NCBI GenBank assembly: GCA_048615375.1
Contig: JBMCLJ010000001.1
Location: forward strand, 1 to 45,968
Source: Candidatus Dojkabacteria bacterium
GTDB lineage: Bacteria > Patescibacteriota > Dojkabacteria > JAOAGR01
Length of the DNA stretch: 45,968 nucleotides
Direction of reading: 5' to 3'
Part shown: positions 36,630-44,950 of the stretch, piece after piece
How the letters are laid out: each line of letters starts with the position of its first letter
Position numbering within the stretch: the first letter of the stretch is position 1
Program-made: the position numbers and the translations under genes
Notes under the pieces: generated by a model
Told to the model about the DNA's origin: nothing
Seen by the model: the letters and a program-made list of their open reading frames with translations, nothing else
The model's database searches: none

Positions 36630-37097
36630 ATGAACGACAAAGAATTACTCAAAAAACTAATCTCAATCCAAAGTTATGTAGATTCATCTAGAAATGAAAA
36701 GGAGATCGCAGATTTTTTAGTGAAATATCTTAAAGAGAATTTACCGTGGCTAGAAGTAGAGACTCAACAAGTTGAAGGGGATCGATACAACATCATTGCT
36801 AAGAATTCTGATAATCCAGACTACGTATTCATCTCTCACATGGACACAGTTCTGCCTAGTTCTAAAGATCAACTATATCCTTTTGAAAAAGACGGCAGAA
36901 TTTACGGACTCGGATCTACATATAAAACAAACTTGTCTAATGGAGGCTTTTTTGAGGCTGCGATTGTTGCAAACGCATGGAATTGTCTAGCGATTTCTTA
37001 TGGACCAGTTGGCACAGCTCACACTCCTGATGAGTATATTGAGATTCAAAGCTTTTTGAATTGTAAATCTAAATTTAAAGAACTACTGAAATCATAA
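36630..37097 (+). pseudogene. M20-family (ArgE/DapE-like) peptidase with large internal deletion
   Basis: The N-terminal part (LLKKLISIQS...YVFISHMDTV, then GRIYGLGS) is joined directly to the C-terminal part (ISYGPVGTAHTPDEYIEI). It is 155 aa against about 350-400 aa for the family. The DMK and dimerisation/lid region is absent. Confidence 0.55.
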
Positions 37098-37098
37098 A

Positions 37099-37347
37099 AT
37101 GGATATAATAAAAACACGAAAAATTCTAAAGCTGAGTAAAGATGACTACGCTGATGAAGAGGTTCAAGAAATAATTGATCAAACCGAAATGCTTGCAAGA
37201 TTTTTTATTGATATGCATATGAAAGATCAACTAAATGTTGAAGGAATTGAGGGGCTAGATCAAAATGTATTGAATCAATCGAAAATAATAAGATTATTTA
37301 CGAATCTTAAAACTAGCAAGTCAAAGTGTAGCAGTAAAAATGGCTAA
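37099..37347 (+). CDS. Small hypothetical protein
   Basis: 82-aa ORF starting 2 nt after the previous stop. Confidence 0.4.
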   Translation: MDIIKTRKILKLSKDDYADEEVQEIIDQTEMLARFFIDMHMKDQLNVEGIEGLDQNVLNQSKIIRLFTNLKTSKSKCSSKNG

Positions 37348-37550
37348 GTTATATAAGTTCTAAATTCGTGTTTAGTGATGAAAACCATTGTACAATAAGA
37401 CGAATTGCTTCTATGAGGCCAAAGAAGAAAGAGTTCGACGCTGAGACCCGTAGGGTCAAAAATACGCAGAGCGATGCGTGAATAGTAATGCGTAAAACCC
37501 TTCATAATATTTAACCAATAATAATATCCCGCTTTTTAAGATAAATATAT

Positions 37551-37597
37551 TTGACAATGTAAAGCTGTTACGATATGATATTGCGACTGAGTCGTAA
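37551..37597 (+). promoter_or_regulatory. Candidate promoter (TTGACA-17-TATGAT) plus 17-bp near-palindrome operator
   Basis: TTGACA is at 37551-37556 and TATGAT at 37574-37579. The near-palindrome TTGCGACTGAGTCGTAA at 37581-37597 pairs at 7 of 8 arm positions and ends 3 nt before the fur-like ATG. Confidence 0.4.
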
Positions 37598-37600
37598 TAA

Positions 37601-37969
37601 ATGATTATGAAAAATTTAAGACATTCTAAAAAACGAGATTTAATATTAGAAGTATTTCAGAATGGCGACTTATTAGATGCAAATGAAGTTTGTGCAAAAG
37701 TTCCTCAAGTAGACAGAGCTACAATTTACCGAAACCTAACTTTATTTGTTGAACAGGGAGTTTTAAGGGAGGTAAATATTAAAAAGGGGATCACGCATTA
37801 CGAATTAAACCATGAAGGAGACATTCATCAACATTTTGTTTGTGATGATTGCGATAAGGTGATTCCTGTAGATGTTGATCCAAATCTAATTAAATCACTT
37901 GTTCCAGAAGGAGTTGAGCTTAAAGATTTTGAGTTAAATCTGAAGGGTAAGTGTGGCGAGTGCAAGTAA
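37601..37969 (+). CDS. Fur-family metalloregulator (Fur/Zur/PerR/Nur-type)
   Basis: 122 aa with a wHTH (ATIYRNLTLFVEQGVL), then HQHFVCDDC and a C-terminal CGEC (HxH plus two CxxC pairs). Confidence 0.85.
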   Translation: MIMKNLRHSKKRDLILEVFQNGDLLDANEVCAKVPQVDRATIYRNLTLFVEQGVLREVNIKKGITHYELNHEGDIHQHFVCDDCDKVIPVDVDPNLIKSLVPEGVELKDFELNLKGKCGECK

Positions 37970-37994
37970 TATTTTTATTTTAAATGAAACAATT

Positions 37995-38960
37995 ATGAGA
38001 ATCGCATTTATGGGTAAAGGCGGAAGTGGGAAGACAACTCTAACTACTGCCTTTGCAAAATTTTTATTAAAACAAAAAAAAGATACACCAGTATTTTTAT
38101 TTGACGTAGATTTGAATTCACATATAGCAAACGAATTGGAAATTGATTTCCCTATTGAAAATTTTTTTGGAGGGAAATTTAAAGAAGTTTCAGACTTTAT
38201 TGAACCACAACTTTTAGAAAGATTATCTTTAAAGGAAATTCCAGAATTTGGAACAATTCTACCAAACCAAGATACTAAATTCATAAAATTAGATGATGTT
38301 GAAAATAAGTTTGTTAATAGATATGGAGTTAAGAAAGATAACTTAACACTTTTTGCAGCAGGAAATCACTTAACAAAAGATCATGCAGGGCATTCTTGTT
38401 ACCACGATATGCTTAATACTTATGAATTAATCATGCATAGAATTGCTGATAATAAAAATAATTATGTGATTGCAGATACTACAGCAGGAATAGACAATGT
38501 AGGGACTTCTTTATATATGGCATATGATCTTGTTGTATTTATTGTTGAACCGACAGATAGAAGTATTGCAGTTTATAAAGATTATATAAATGTAGCTGAG
38601 GTAGATAAATCAAAAGTATTTGTTGTTGGAAATAAAATTGAGAATGAAGCTGATGAGAAGTTTATCAAAAAAATTATTGAAGAAGACAGAATTCTTGCCT
38701 TATTTAAAGCCAATAAAGAAATTTATAGAGATGCAGACCAGACTTCCTACGACCATTTTATAGAAGAACATAAAGACCAATTACAAACTATTCTTAATAA
38801 ACTTGATAGCACTGATAAAGATTGGGATTCGTACTTTCAAGAACTTTTCAGATTATTCAAAAAAGAGACCACCGGATGGTGGAGTGATTTTTATGGAGTT
38901 GATCTTGAAGACAAGTTTAAAGAAGATTATTCATTTATAAATAATAATTTTAATAATTAA
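37995..38960 (+). CDS. CooC-like (SIMIBI/MinD-class) P-loop NTPase, paralogue 1, with C-Y-H motif
   Basis: Has the deviant Walker A MGKGGSGKTT, then GHSCYHDM, IADTTAGIDN, VEPTDRSI and VGNKIENEADEKFI, collinear with CooC-type proteins. The start is taken at the internal ATG (MRIAF) 25 nt after the fur-like stop. Confidence 0.75.
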   Translation: MRIAFMGKGGSGKTTLTTAFAKFLLKQKKDTPVFLFDVDLNSHIANELEIDFPIENFFGGKFKEVSDFIEPQLLERLSLKEIPEFGTILPNQDTKFIKLDDVENKFVNRYGVKKDNLTLFAAGNHLTKDHAGHSCYHDMLNTYELIMHRIADNKNNYVIADTTAGIDNVGTSLYMAYDLVVFIVEPTDRSIAVYKDYINVAEVDKSKVFVVGNKIENEADEKFIKKIIEEDRILALFKANKEIYRDADQTSYDHFIEEHKDQLQTILNKLDSTDKDWDSYFQELFRLFKKETTGWWSDFYGVDLEDKFKEDYSFINNNFNN

Positions 38961-38964
38961 TATT

Positions 38965-39915
38965 ATGAAAATTGCATTTTTAGGGAAAGGTGGGAGTGGT
39001 AAAACAACATTATCTGCTGCATTTGCTACATATATGCATGAACAGGAAAAGAATGTGCTTTTAGTAGATGCAGATGTAAATGTTCATGTAAATAGAATTA
39101 TCGGAATTGAAGAATCGGATCTTCAACCTATTTCAAGAAATATGAATGGAATTGTCAGTTATGTTAAGGGAGAGAGAGTTGATTTGGGAAATGCTCCATT
39201 CATTAGTGCTACTCCTCCATCAAAAGGATCAAGGTTTATAACTTTAGAAAAAGAAGATGAATTACTAAAAGGAAGTACAGTAAGTAATAAGGAAGGTTTA
39301 AGATTAATGACTATCGGAACTTATGAAGGCGAAGATATAGGGTTTACCTGTTATCATGGAAAAACAGATGCATTCATAATTTTCTTAAATCACTTGTTAG
39401 ATACAACTAGTGACTATTTAGTTGTAGATTCTGTCACAGGTACAGATAATCTAGGAAATCCACTAATCTACTCGTATGATCTAAATGTAATTGTAGTCGA
39501 ACCTACAAAAAAATCTATTCAAGTCTACAAAGATTTCATTCAAGGCATTGAAAGATTCGATTATCCAATAAACATTGTCGTTATTGGAAATAAAGTTGAA
39601 ACCAAAGAAGATGAAGAATTTATAAAACAACATATTAAGGGGGAACACTTGTTAGGATTTGTAAGTAAATCTGATGAGATGAAATCTTTTGACCAGGGCA
39701 GTAAAGATGATTTTAAGAAATTTGTAAGTGCAAACTCCGAAATCTTTAACAAAATATTAAAAGAATTAGATTCAAAGCAAAGAGATTGGGATTTATATTT
39801 AAAAAATATCAGAGCAAATTTTTCCCAAATGGCTCAGGAATATTACAACAGTTACTATCATGTTGATTTAGAATCCAGAGTTGATAATACTTTTTCATTT
39901 AAAGACGTTGTTTAA
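38965..39915 (+). CDS. CooC-like P-loop NTPase, paralogue 2, with C-Y-H motif
   Basis: LGKGGSGKTT, GFTCYHGKT, VVDSVTGTDN, VEPTKKSI and IGNKVETKEDEEFI. Same architecture as paralogue 1, including a helical C-terminal extension of about 70 aa. Confidence 0.75.
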   Translation: MKIAFLGKGGSGKTTLSAAFATYMHEQEKNVLLVDADVNVHVNRIIGIEESDLQPISRNMNGIVSYVKGERVDLGNAPFISATPPSKGSRFITLEKEDELLKGSTVSNKEGLRLMTIGTYEGEDIGFTCYHGKTDAFIIFLNHLLDTTSDYLVVDSVTGTDNLGNPLIYSYDLNVIVVEPTKKSIQVYKDFIQGIERFDYPINIVVIGNKVETKEDEEFIKQHIKGEHLLGFVSKSDEMKSFDQGSKDDFKKFVSANSEIFNKILKELDSKQRDWDLYLKNIRANFSQMAQEYYNSYYHVDLESRVDNTFSFKDVV

Positions 39916-39916
39916 T

Positions 39917-41338
39917 ATGTATCAATCTATTAAGCCATACATTCATCCTAGATTAAAAGGGGTTGTCGAAGCTAAAAATAAGTTATTTGAAGTTTCTAAA
40001 TTCCATAATGGAGCAATTCATATCCTCATGCCCGAAATAATGGATGAAAATATAAGTGAATTAAAAAAAGTTTTTGAAGAATTAGGAATAGATTATGATA
40101 TTAGATTTGCACACAAAACTAATAAATCATCTGCTCTTGCAAGGCAAGCAAAGTTAAACAAAATTAATATTGATGTTGCTTCATACAATGAATTAGTCTC
40201 AGCTTTATCGAATGGATTTACAGGGAAAGAGATCAGTTGTTCAGGACCAAAAGGTAAAAAATTCTTATTATTAGCTCTGCAACATAACTGTTTAATAAGC
40301 ATTGATTCAGTAAATGAACTTGAAACTATTATTGATTTATCTAAAAAATACAATATTTCAAGTATTGATATCGTTGTGCGAATCAATGATCTAGCAGGTA
40401 ACGATAGAACTTTATTAAAAAAGAATACAAAGTTTGGTATATCACAAAATAAATTGGAAGAGATTAAAAATCTTATTAAAAAAAATGAGTTTATAAATTT
40501 AAAAGGAATACATTTTCATTTCGATGAGTTTCAATCTGAAATTAAAGCAGGTGCAATTGAGAATATTTTAGATATTTTTCAACAACTTTATTCGGAAGGT
40601 TTTACACCAACAATTATTGATATAGGTGGGGGATTTAGAGTAAAAGAACTTGAAGATAGAGGTGATTGGGAAAAGTATATAGATTTTTTAAGTGATGCAA
40701 AAAGAAATAATACTCTAAGTGATACCTGGGGAAATAGAGCCTACGGAATTCATACAAATGAAAGAGGAGGAATTGAAGGTCGAGAAATAGTTACTAAAAG
40801 ATACAGAGAACTTAATAATAGTGAATTTTTAAAATCAATTCTAACCAAAGAGTTTGAAGAGAACCAGCCAATTTATAAAAAGATAAATGAAAGTTTATTC
40901 AAAGTAATGATTGAACCTGGATATTCTCTTTCAATTAATACAGGATTTACTATTTTAAAAGTTGAATCATATAAGACTTTAAACAATGGCGATGAAGCAA
41001 TTACTGTTAATGCAAATATACTAAATCTATCTAGCAGAATGTGGGAATACTATTTAGATCCAATTTTAGTTGCAAAAGAAGAAAAGAATGGTGGTGATTT
41101 TTATGGGTACATACTTGGAAATCTATGTAGAGATGATGATGTGTTAATTCAAAGGAAAGTTCATTTTAGCCAAAGACCAAAGGTTGGAGATTTGATTCTA
41201 TTAATGAATACTTCATCTTATATTTCTGATTTTGAAGATGGCAATCCTATTCAACAGGAAGTAGGAAAGAAATTTATTGCAAAAAATATTAATAATTCAA
41301 TTGAAATATTTGATGAGAATTCATCAGAACTTATTTAA
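39917..41338 (+). CDS. Fold-type III PLP-dependent decarboxylase (Orn/DAP/Arg decarboxylase family)
   Basis: Contains FAHKTNKS (the PLP Lys), IDIGGGF, EPGYSL and GNLCRDDD. The start is taken at the ATG at 39917, 1 nt after the upstream stop. Confidence 0.8.
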   Translation: MYQSIKPYIHPRLKGVVEAKNKLFEVSKFHNGAIHILMPEIMDENISELKKVFEELGIDYDIRFAHKTNKSSALARQAKLNKINIDVASYNELVSALSNGFTGKEISCSGPKGKKFLLLALQHNCLISIDSVNELETIIDLSKKYNISSIDIVVRINDLAGNDRTLLKKNTKFGISQNKLEEIKNLIKKNEFINLKGIHFHFDEFQSEIKAGAIENILDIFQQLYSEGFTPTIIDIGGGFRVKELEDRGDWEKYIDFLSDAKRNNTLSDTWGNRAYGIHTNERGGIEGREIVTKRYRELNNSEFLKSILTKEFEENQPIYKKINESLFKVMIEPGYSLSINTGFTILKVESYKTLNNGDEAITVNANILNLSSRMWEYYLDPILVAKEEKNGGDFYGYILGNLCRDDDVLIQRKVHFSQRPKVGDLILLMNTSSYISDFEDGNPIQQEVGKKFIAKNINNSIEIFDENSSELI

Positions 41339-41352
41339 CTTATAAAGATTTT

Positions 41353-42666
41353 ATGATTTACAAACACATATCACAGCTTATTGGGAACACTCCAATATTA
41401 GAAGTACCAAAAGAAGTTACAGATTTAAAAAATATAAATTTGTATGCAAAACTTGAATATATGAATCCATTTGGTTCATTAAAAGATAGAATTGCTAAAA
41501 ATATGCTTGAACCTATAAAAAGTGAAATGAAAGATTCAAATAAAACAGTTTTAGAAGCTTCAAGTGGAAATACAGGTAAAGCATTAGCAATCTTATCTTC
41601 TGTAGATGGAATAAAGTTTAAAGCTGTCTCAAATAGAATGAAAATTCCAGAGATGAGAATGATTATGCAACTTAGTGGTGCAGAGATTGAAGAATTACCT
41701 GGTATTTCGGATTGTCCGGATTTAAACGACCCAAATAGCTATACAACTGCTGCAAGCAATATGGCCAAAAATGAACCCGATAAATATCGCTACACTGACC
41801 AGTATTTTAATGAAAGAAACTGGCAAGCACATTTAGAAAGCGGAAAAGAAATAACTGAAGAACTAAGTAAAGTAGATTTCTTATTTACAATGCTTGGGAC
41901 TACAGGTTCATCTGTAGGAATCGGAAGAGCTTTAAAAGAAGTAAATCCTGAACTAAATGTTTATGGTGTTGTTGCATCAGCAGGTCAACATATTCCAGGT
42001 GCAAGGAATTCAAATGAATTGTGGGAGGTTGGATTTTATAATCCAGAGTTCTATAAAGACATTCTTTCTGAAACTACTGATGGTGCAATTAGTGGAGCTG
42101 TTAGTCTTATTCAAAAAGTAGGAATTTTATCCGGACCAACTGCTGGAGCAACATTTAATGCGGCATTAAAAAAACTAAAAGAATTAGATAAAGAGTTAGA
42201 AGGTAAGAATGAAACATATCACGCAGTATTCATTGTATGTGATAGAGTTGAGCCATATCTAAATTTCTTTAAATCTCATAAACCTGAACTATTTAGTAAA
42301 TCTACTTCATCAAAACCAAAAGTTAGTGATGTAGTGGTAACCGATACAGAGAAAATTAAAATCTCAATAGATGACCTTAAAAATCGTCAGAATGAATTCA
42401 TGGTTATAGATATAAGAGGAAACTTCCCGTACTCTATTGGACATATTGAATCATCAATTAATATTGTAGATGAATCATTGGCCAATATGATTGAAGAAGG
42501 AAAAGTATTCCCAATGGATAAAAAAATTGTTGTAGTTTGTAGGATTGGAGACATTTCAGGAAGGTATGCTCAATTTCTAAGAAATCAAGGATATGAAGCC
42601 TATTCATTAGATGGTGGAATACAAAATTGGAAAGATAAAAATTTAGAGTTAGGAAAAACTATTTAA
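41353..42666 (+). CDS. Cysteine synthase/CBS-fold PLP enzyme fused to a C-terminal rhodanese domain
   Basis: The PLP-enzyme part has MNPFGSLKDRIA (the PLP Lys), SSGNTGKALA and GTTGSSVGIG. The C-terminal part has VIDIRGNFPYSIGHIESSINI...VVVCRIGDISGRYAQFL...LDGGIQNW, a rhodanese with its active-site Cys. Confidence 0.85.
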   Translation: MIYKHISQLIGNTPILEVPKEVTDLKNINLYAKLEYMNPFGSLKDRIAKNMLEPIKSEMKDSNKTVLEASSGNTGKALAILSSVDGIKFKAVSNRMKIPEMRMIMQLSGAEIEELPGISDCPDLNDPNSYTTAASNMAKNEPDKYRYTDQYFNERNWQAHLESGKEITEELSKVDFLFTMLGTTGSSVGIGRALKEVNPELNVYGVVASAGQHIPGARNSNELWEVGFYNPEFYKDILSETTDGAISGAVSLIQKVGILSGPTAGATFNAALKKLKELDKELEGKNETYHAVFIVCDRVEPYLNFFKSHKPELFSKSTSSKPKVSDVVVTDTEKIKISIDDLKNRQNEFMVIDIRGNFPYSIGHIESSINIVDESLANMIEEGKVFPMDKKIVVVCRIGDISGRYAQFLRNQGYEAYSLDGGIQNWKDKNLELGKTI

Positions 42667-42668
42667 CT

Positions 42669-43388
42669 ATGTCCTATAGTAAATTCTGTGAAATAAACGA
42701 CTATATTTTTGAAGCTCCTAATGAAGCTCGTAAAGTTAAATTTCAAAAACTTTTCAGCAAAGTTAAGGGTGAGAATGTTTTAGATTTAGGATGCGGATAT
42801 GCAGGAATTTATTGGGCATTATCATATTTCGAAAGAGTAAATCACATTTATTTCTATGATTATTATCAAGAAAATATTGATAGATTGAACTCTATTATTG
42901 ATCAACTAACTCCTGAATATATAGAAGAAAGTTTTTCTGAAACTATTGAATATCTAAAAGATATTAATTTGATTTATAGAACAAAATCCTATTCGCAAAT
43001 CGCAGAAGAGTTACTTTCAAAAATAAAAGTGGTAAAACAACAAAGTTTTTTTAATGAACTTCCAACTTTTAATTTTGATATTGTTGTCTCAAGTGAGGCA
43101 ATTGAATGTGTTGATAATGAAACTGAGTTCAAAAGTGTATTAAAGAATATTTTTTCTTCACTAAAATATAAAGGGAAATTAATTGGAAATATTCTTAATT
43201 ACAGCAAAACAACTGACTTAACAAAAGAACTCATTTCATCAAAGATGGAAGGTAAATTAAATCCTAATGAGAATGAGCTAGAAGTATTACTTAAAAAAGC
43301 AAATTTCAATAATGTTGATATTGAAGTTGTTGAGTTTCCAGAATTAAATAATCGATCTAAGTATATTTATTATTCTGCGGTAAAGTGA
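42669..43388 (+). CDS. Class I SAM-dependent methyltransferase (NNMT/PNMT/TEMT-like by pattern)
   Basis: Motif I is VLDLGCGYAGIYWALSYFERVNHIYFYDYYQENI. The resemblance to the PF01234 pattern is by eye only. Confidence 0.65.
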   Translation: MSYSKFCEINDYIFEAPNEARKVKFQKLFSKVKGENVLDLGCGYAGIYWALSYFERVNHIYFYDYYQENIDRLNSIIDQLTPEYIEESFSETIEYLKDINLIYRTKSYSQIAEELLSKIKVVKQQSFFNELPTFNFDIVVSSEAIECVDNETEFKSVLKNIFSSLKYKGKLIGNILNYSKTTDLTKELISSKMEGKLNPNENELEVLLKKANFNNVDIEVVEFPELNNRSKYIYYSAVK

Positions 43389-44587
43389 TAATCTCCAAAA
43401 TCCTATTTCCCACACTAAACAACTCAGAATTAACATACTTAGACTCAGCCTCTACTACTCAAAAACCAAAAGTGGTATTAGATGCAATTCAATCACATCT
43501 TTCGGAACTAAACGTGAATCCTGGACGTGGAAGTTACGATCCTACATCAAAACTTGAGAAGGAGATAGAATCAATACGAAACCAAACTGCAAACTTTATC
43601 AATGCAGAAAATAAAGAAATCGTATTTACATCAGGTGCAACAGAAGGACTAAACACAGTTGCATATTCATGGGGTTTGCATAATTTAGAAGATGGAGATG
43701 AGATTTTATTATGTGAAGAAGATCACGAATCTACAGTTAAACCATGGTTTCAAATTAAAAAACTTTTTGAAAAGCAAGGAATAAATATTTTTATAAAATA
43801 TTACAAACATCACCAATATCTTGGCAATGCAGATCTTGAAAGCATAAAAAATGAACTCACAGATAAAACAAGGCTGATTGTTGTTACTCATATTCACAAT
43901 GTCCACGGGACTGTTTCTGATATGAAGGTAATTAGAAAATTAGCAGGTGATCAAGTTTTAATTCTTTTGGATGCTTGCCAAAGTATTTCTCACATCCAAA
44001 TTGATGTTAAGGAACTAGATATAGATTTTCTAGTTTTCTCTGGACATAAAATGTTTGCACTCGATAATATCGGAGTTTTATTTGCAAACCAAAATATTAA
44101 TATGTATTTACAACCATTTATTGTCGGTGGGAAAAATATAATTGACAAACATGATCTTGAAGAAAAGGGTGTTGAGATTTATAAGATACTTGAAGCAGGA
44201 TCACAAAATGTTACAGGTTTAAAATCGCTTGAAGCAGCAATCAACTTTATTCAAGGAATAGGATATGATGAGATACATAAATATATTAATGAGCTAACAA
44301 AATATCTTTACGAACAGCTCTCTCAGTTAGGAATCATAGAATTTCTTGCGGGCTATGCATTCGACCAATCTAGGATTGGATATGGATTAATTTCATTTCG
44401 AGTACACGGAGTCAGTTCAACAGATATTGGCGAGCTACTTAATCAACACCAAATTTATGTACGAACTGGGAACCATTGCACATCAAATGGAAAACATACA
44501 AGTGATTCTATAAGAGTATCAATGCATATTTACAACAGCAAAGATGATATAGATAAATTGATATCTGTGCTTAAAACGATTCACTAA
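43385..44587 (+). CDS. Class V aminotransferase, SufS/CsdA-like cysteine desulfurase
   Basis: Contains YLDSASTTQKP, TSGATEGLN, VTHIHNVHG, FSGHKM (the PLP Lys) and RTGNHCT (the catalytic Cys). The GTG start overlaps the upstream stop (GTGA). Confidence 0.8.
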   Translation: MIISKILFPTLNNSELTYLDSASTTQKPKVVLDAIQSHLSELNVNPGRGSYDPTSKLEKEIESIRNQTANFINAENKEIVFTSGATEGLNTVAYSWGLHNLEDGDEILLCEEDHESTVKPWFQIKKLFEKQGINIFIKYYKHHQYLGNADLESIKNELTDKTRLIVVTHIHNVHGTVSDMKVIRKLAGDQVLILLDACQSISHIQIDVKELDIDFLVFSGHKMFALDNIGVLFANQNINMYLQPFIVGGKNIIDKHDLEEKGVEIYKILEAGSQNVTGLKSLEAAINFIQGIGYDEIHKYINELTKYLYEQLSQLGIIEFLAGYAFDQSRIGYGLISFRVHGVSSTDIGELLNQHQIYVRTGNHCTSNGKHTSDSIRVSMHIYNSKDDIDKLISVLKTIH

Positions 44588-44702
44588 CAAATATCAACAA
44601 CAAAGTTATCTTAGCTATATGTTAAAAGCAAATTGTGAATTTTTGAGTGAAAAGCTCATCTCCGAGAACAGTTGTAGGAAGGACTTTATAGCATTCAAGA
44701 TC

Positions 44703-44737
44703 GAGTTCGACATTTCGCTACGCGGGGTCATTTTATG
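44703..44737 (+). repeat. Degenerate copy of the tRNA-Glu 3' end plus flank (possible att remnant)
   Basis: GAGTTCGAC-N13-GGGGTCATTTTATG compares with the tRNA sequence GGGTTCGAATCCCCGTGGAGTCATTTTATG. The 11-mer GTCATTTTATG is exact, and the spacing differs by 5 nt. Confidence 0.3.
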
Positions 44738-44950
44738 TAATACATATCACGAAATAGATATCATAACGCTTTTTAACTTCGAATTTTTATAATTTCCAAT
44801 CTTGTTGCTATACATACTAAGTCAGTAGTTAAGTATGCTCAAGTTTATTCAATCTAAAAATATAAATTTGCATACAAGTGGAATTTTTGCGAGCTGCTGA
44901 AAATTGAATAAATGTATATTTTTACATCTTTCGCACTAATCCCTATAGGA

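Larger units (their letters stand above)
35756..44737. mobile_element. AT-rich genomic island adjacent to the tRNA-Glu 3' end (boundaries approximate, no integrase seen)
   Basis: Composition drops abruptly: spot counts are about 22% GC inside and 48-60% in backbone genes. The island begins right after the tRNA. A degenerate copy of the tRNA 3' end plus flank (GAGTTCGAC..GGGGTCATTTTATG) lies at 44703-44737. An IS transposase follows. Confidence 0.45.

Noticed and set aside
37431-37458. A third tRNA-end-like copy, GAGTTCGAC-N13-GGGTCA, matching 44703-44730. It would imply two islands inserted in tandem.
   Set aside because: A 9+6-nt match at fixed spacing is expected about once by chance among all position pairs in 46 kb. 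Both copies also sit in small ORFs that would give a similar K-x-EFD...R-x-V peptide. The evidence is therefore not good enough for an att site.
37591-37608. A Zur-box reading of TCGTAATAAATGATTATG upstream of or overlapping the fur-like start.
   Set aside because: Only the TCGTAAT half-site matches the 7-1-7 Bacillus-type Zur box. The second half does not.
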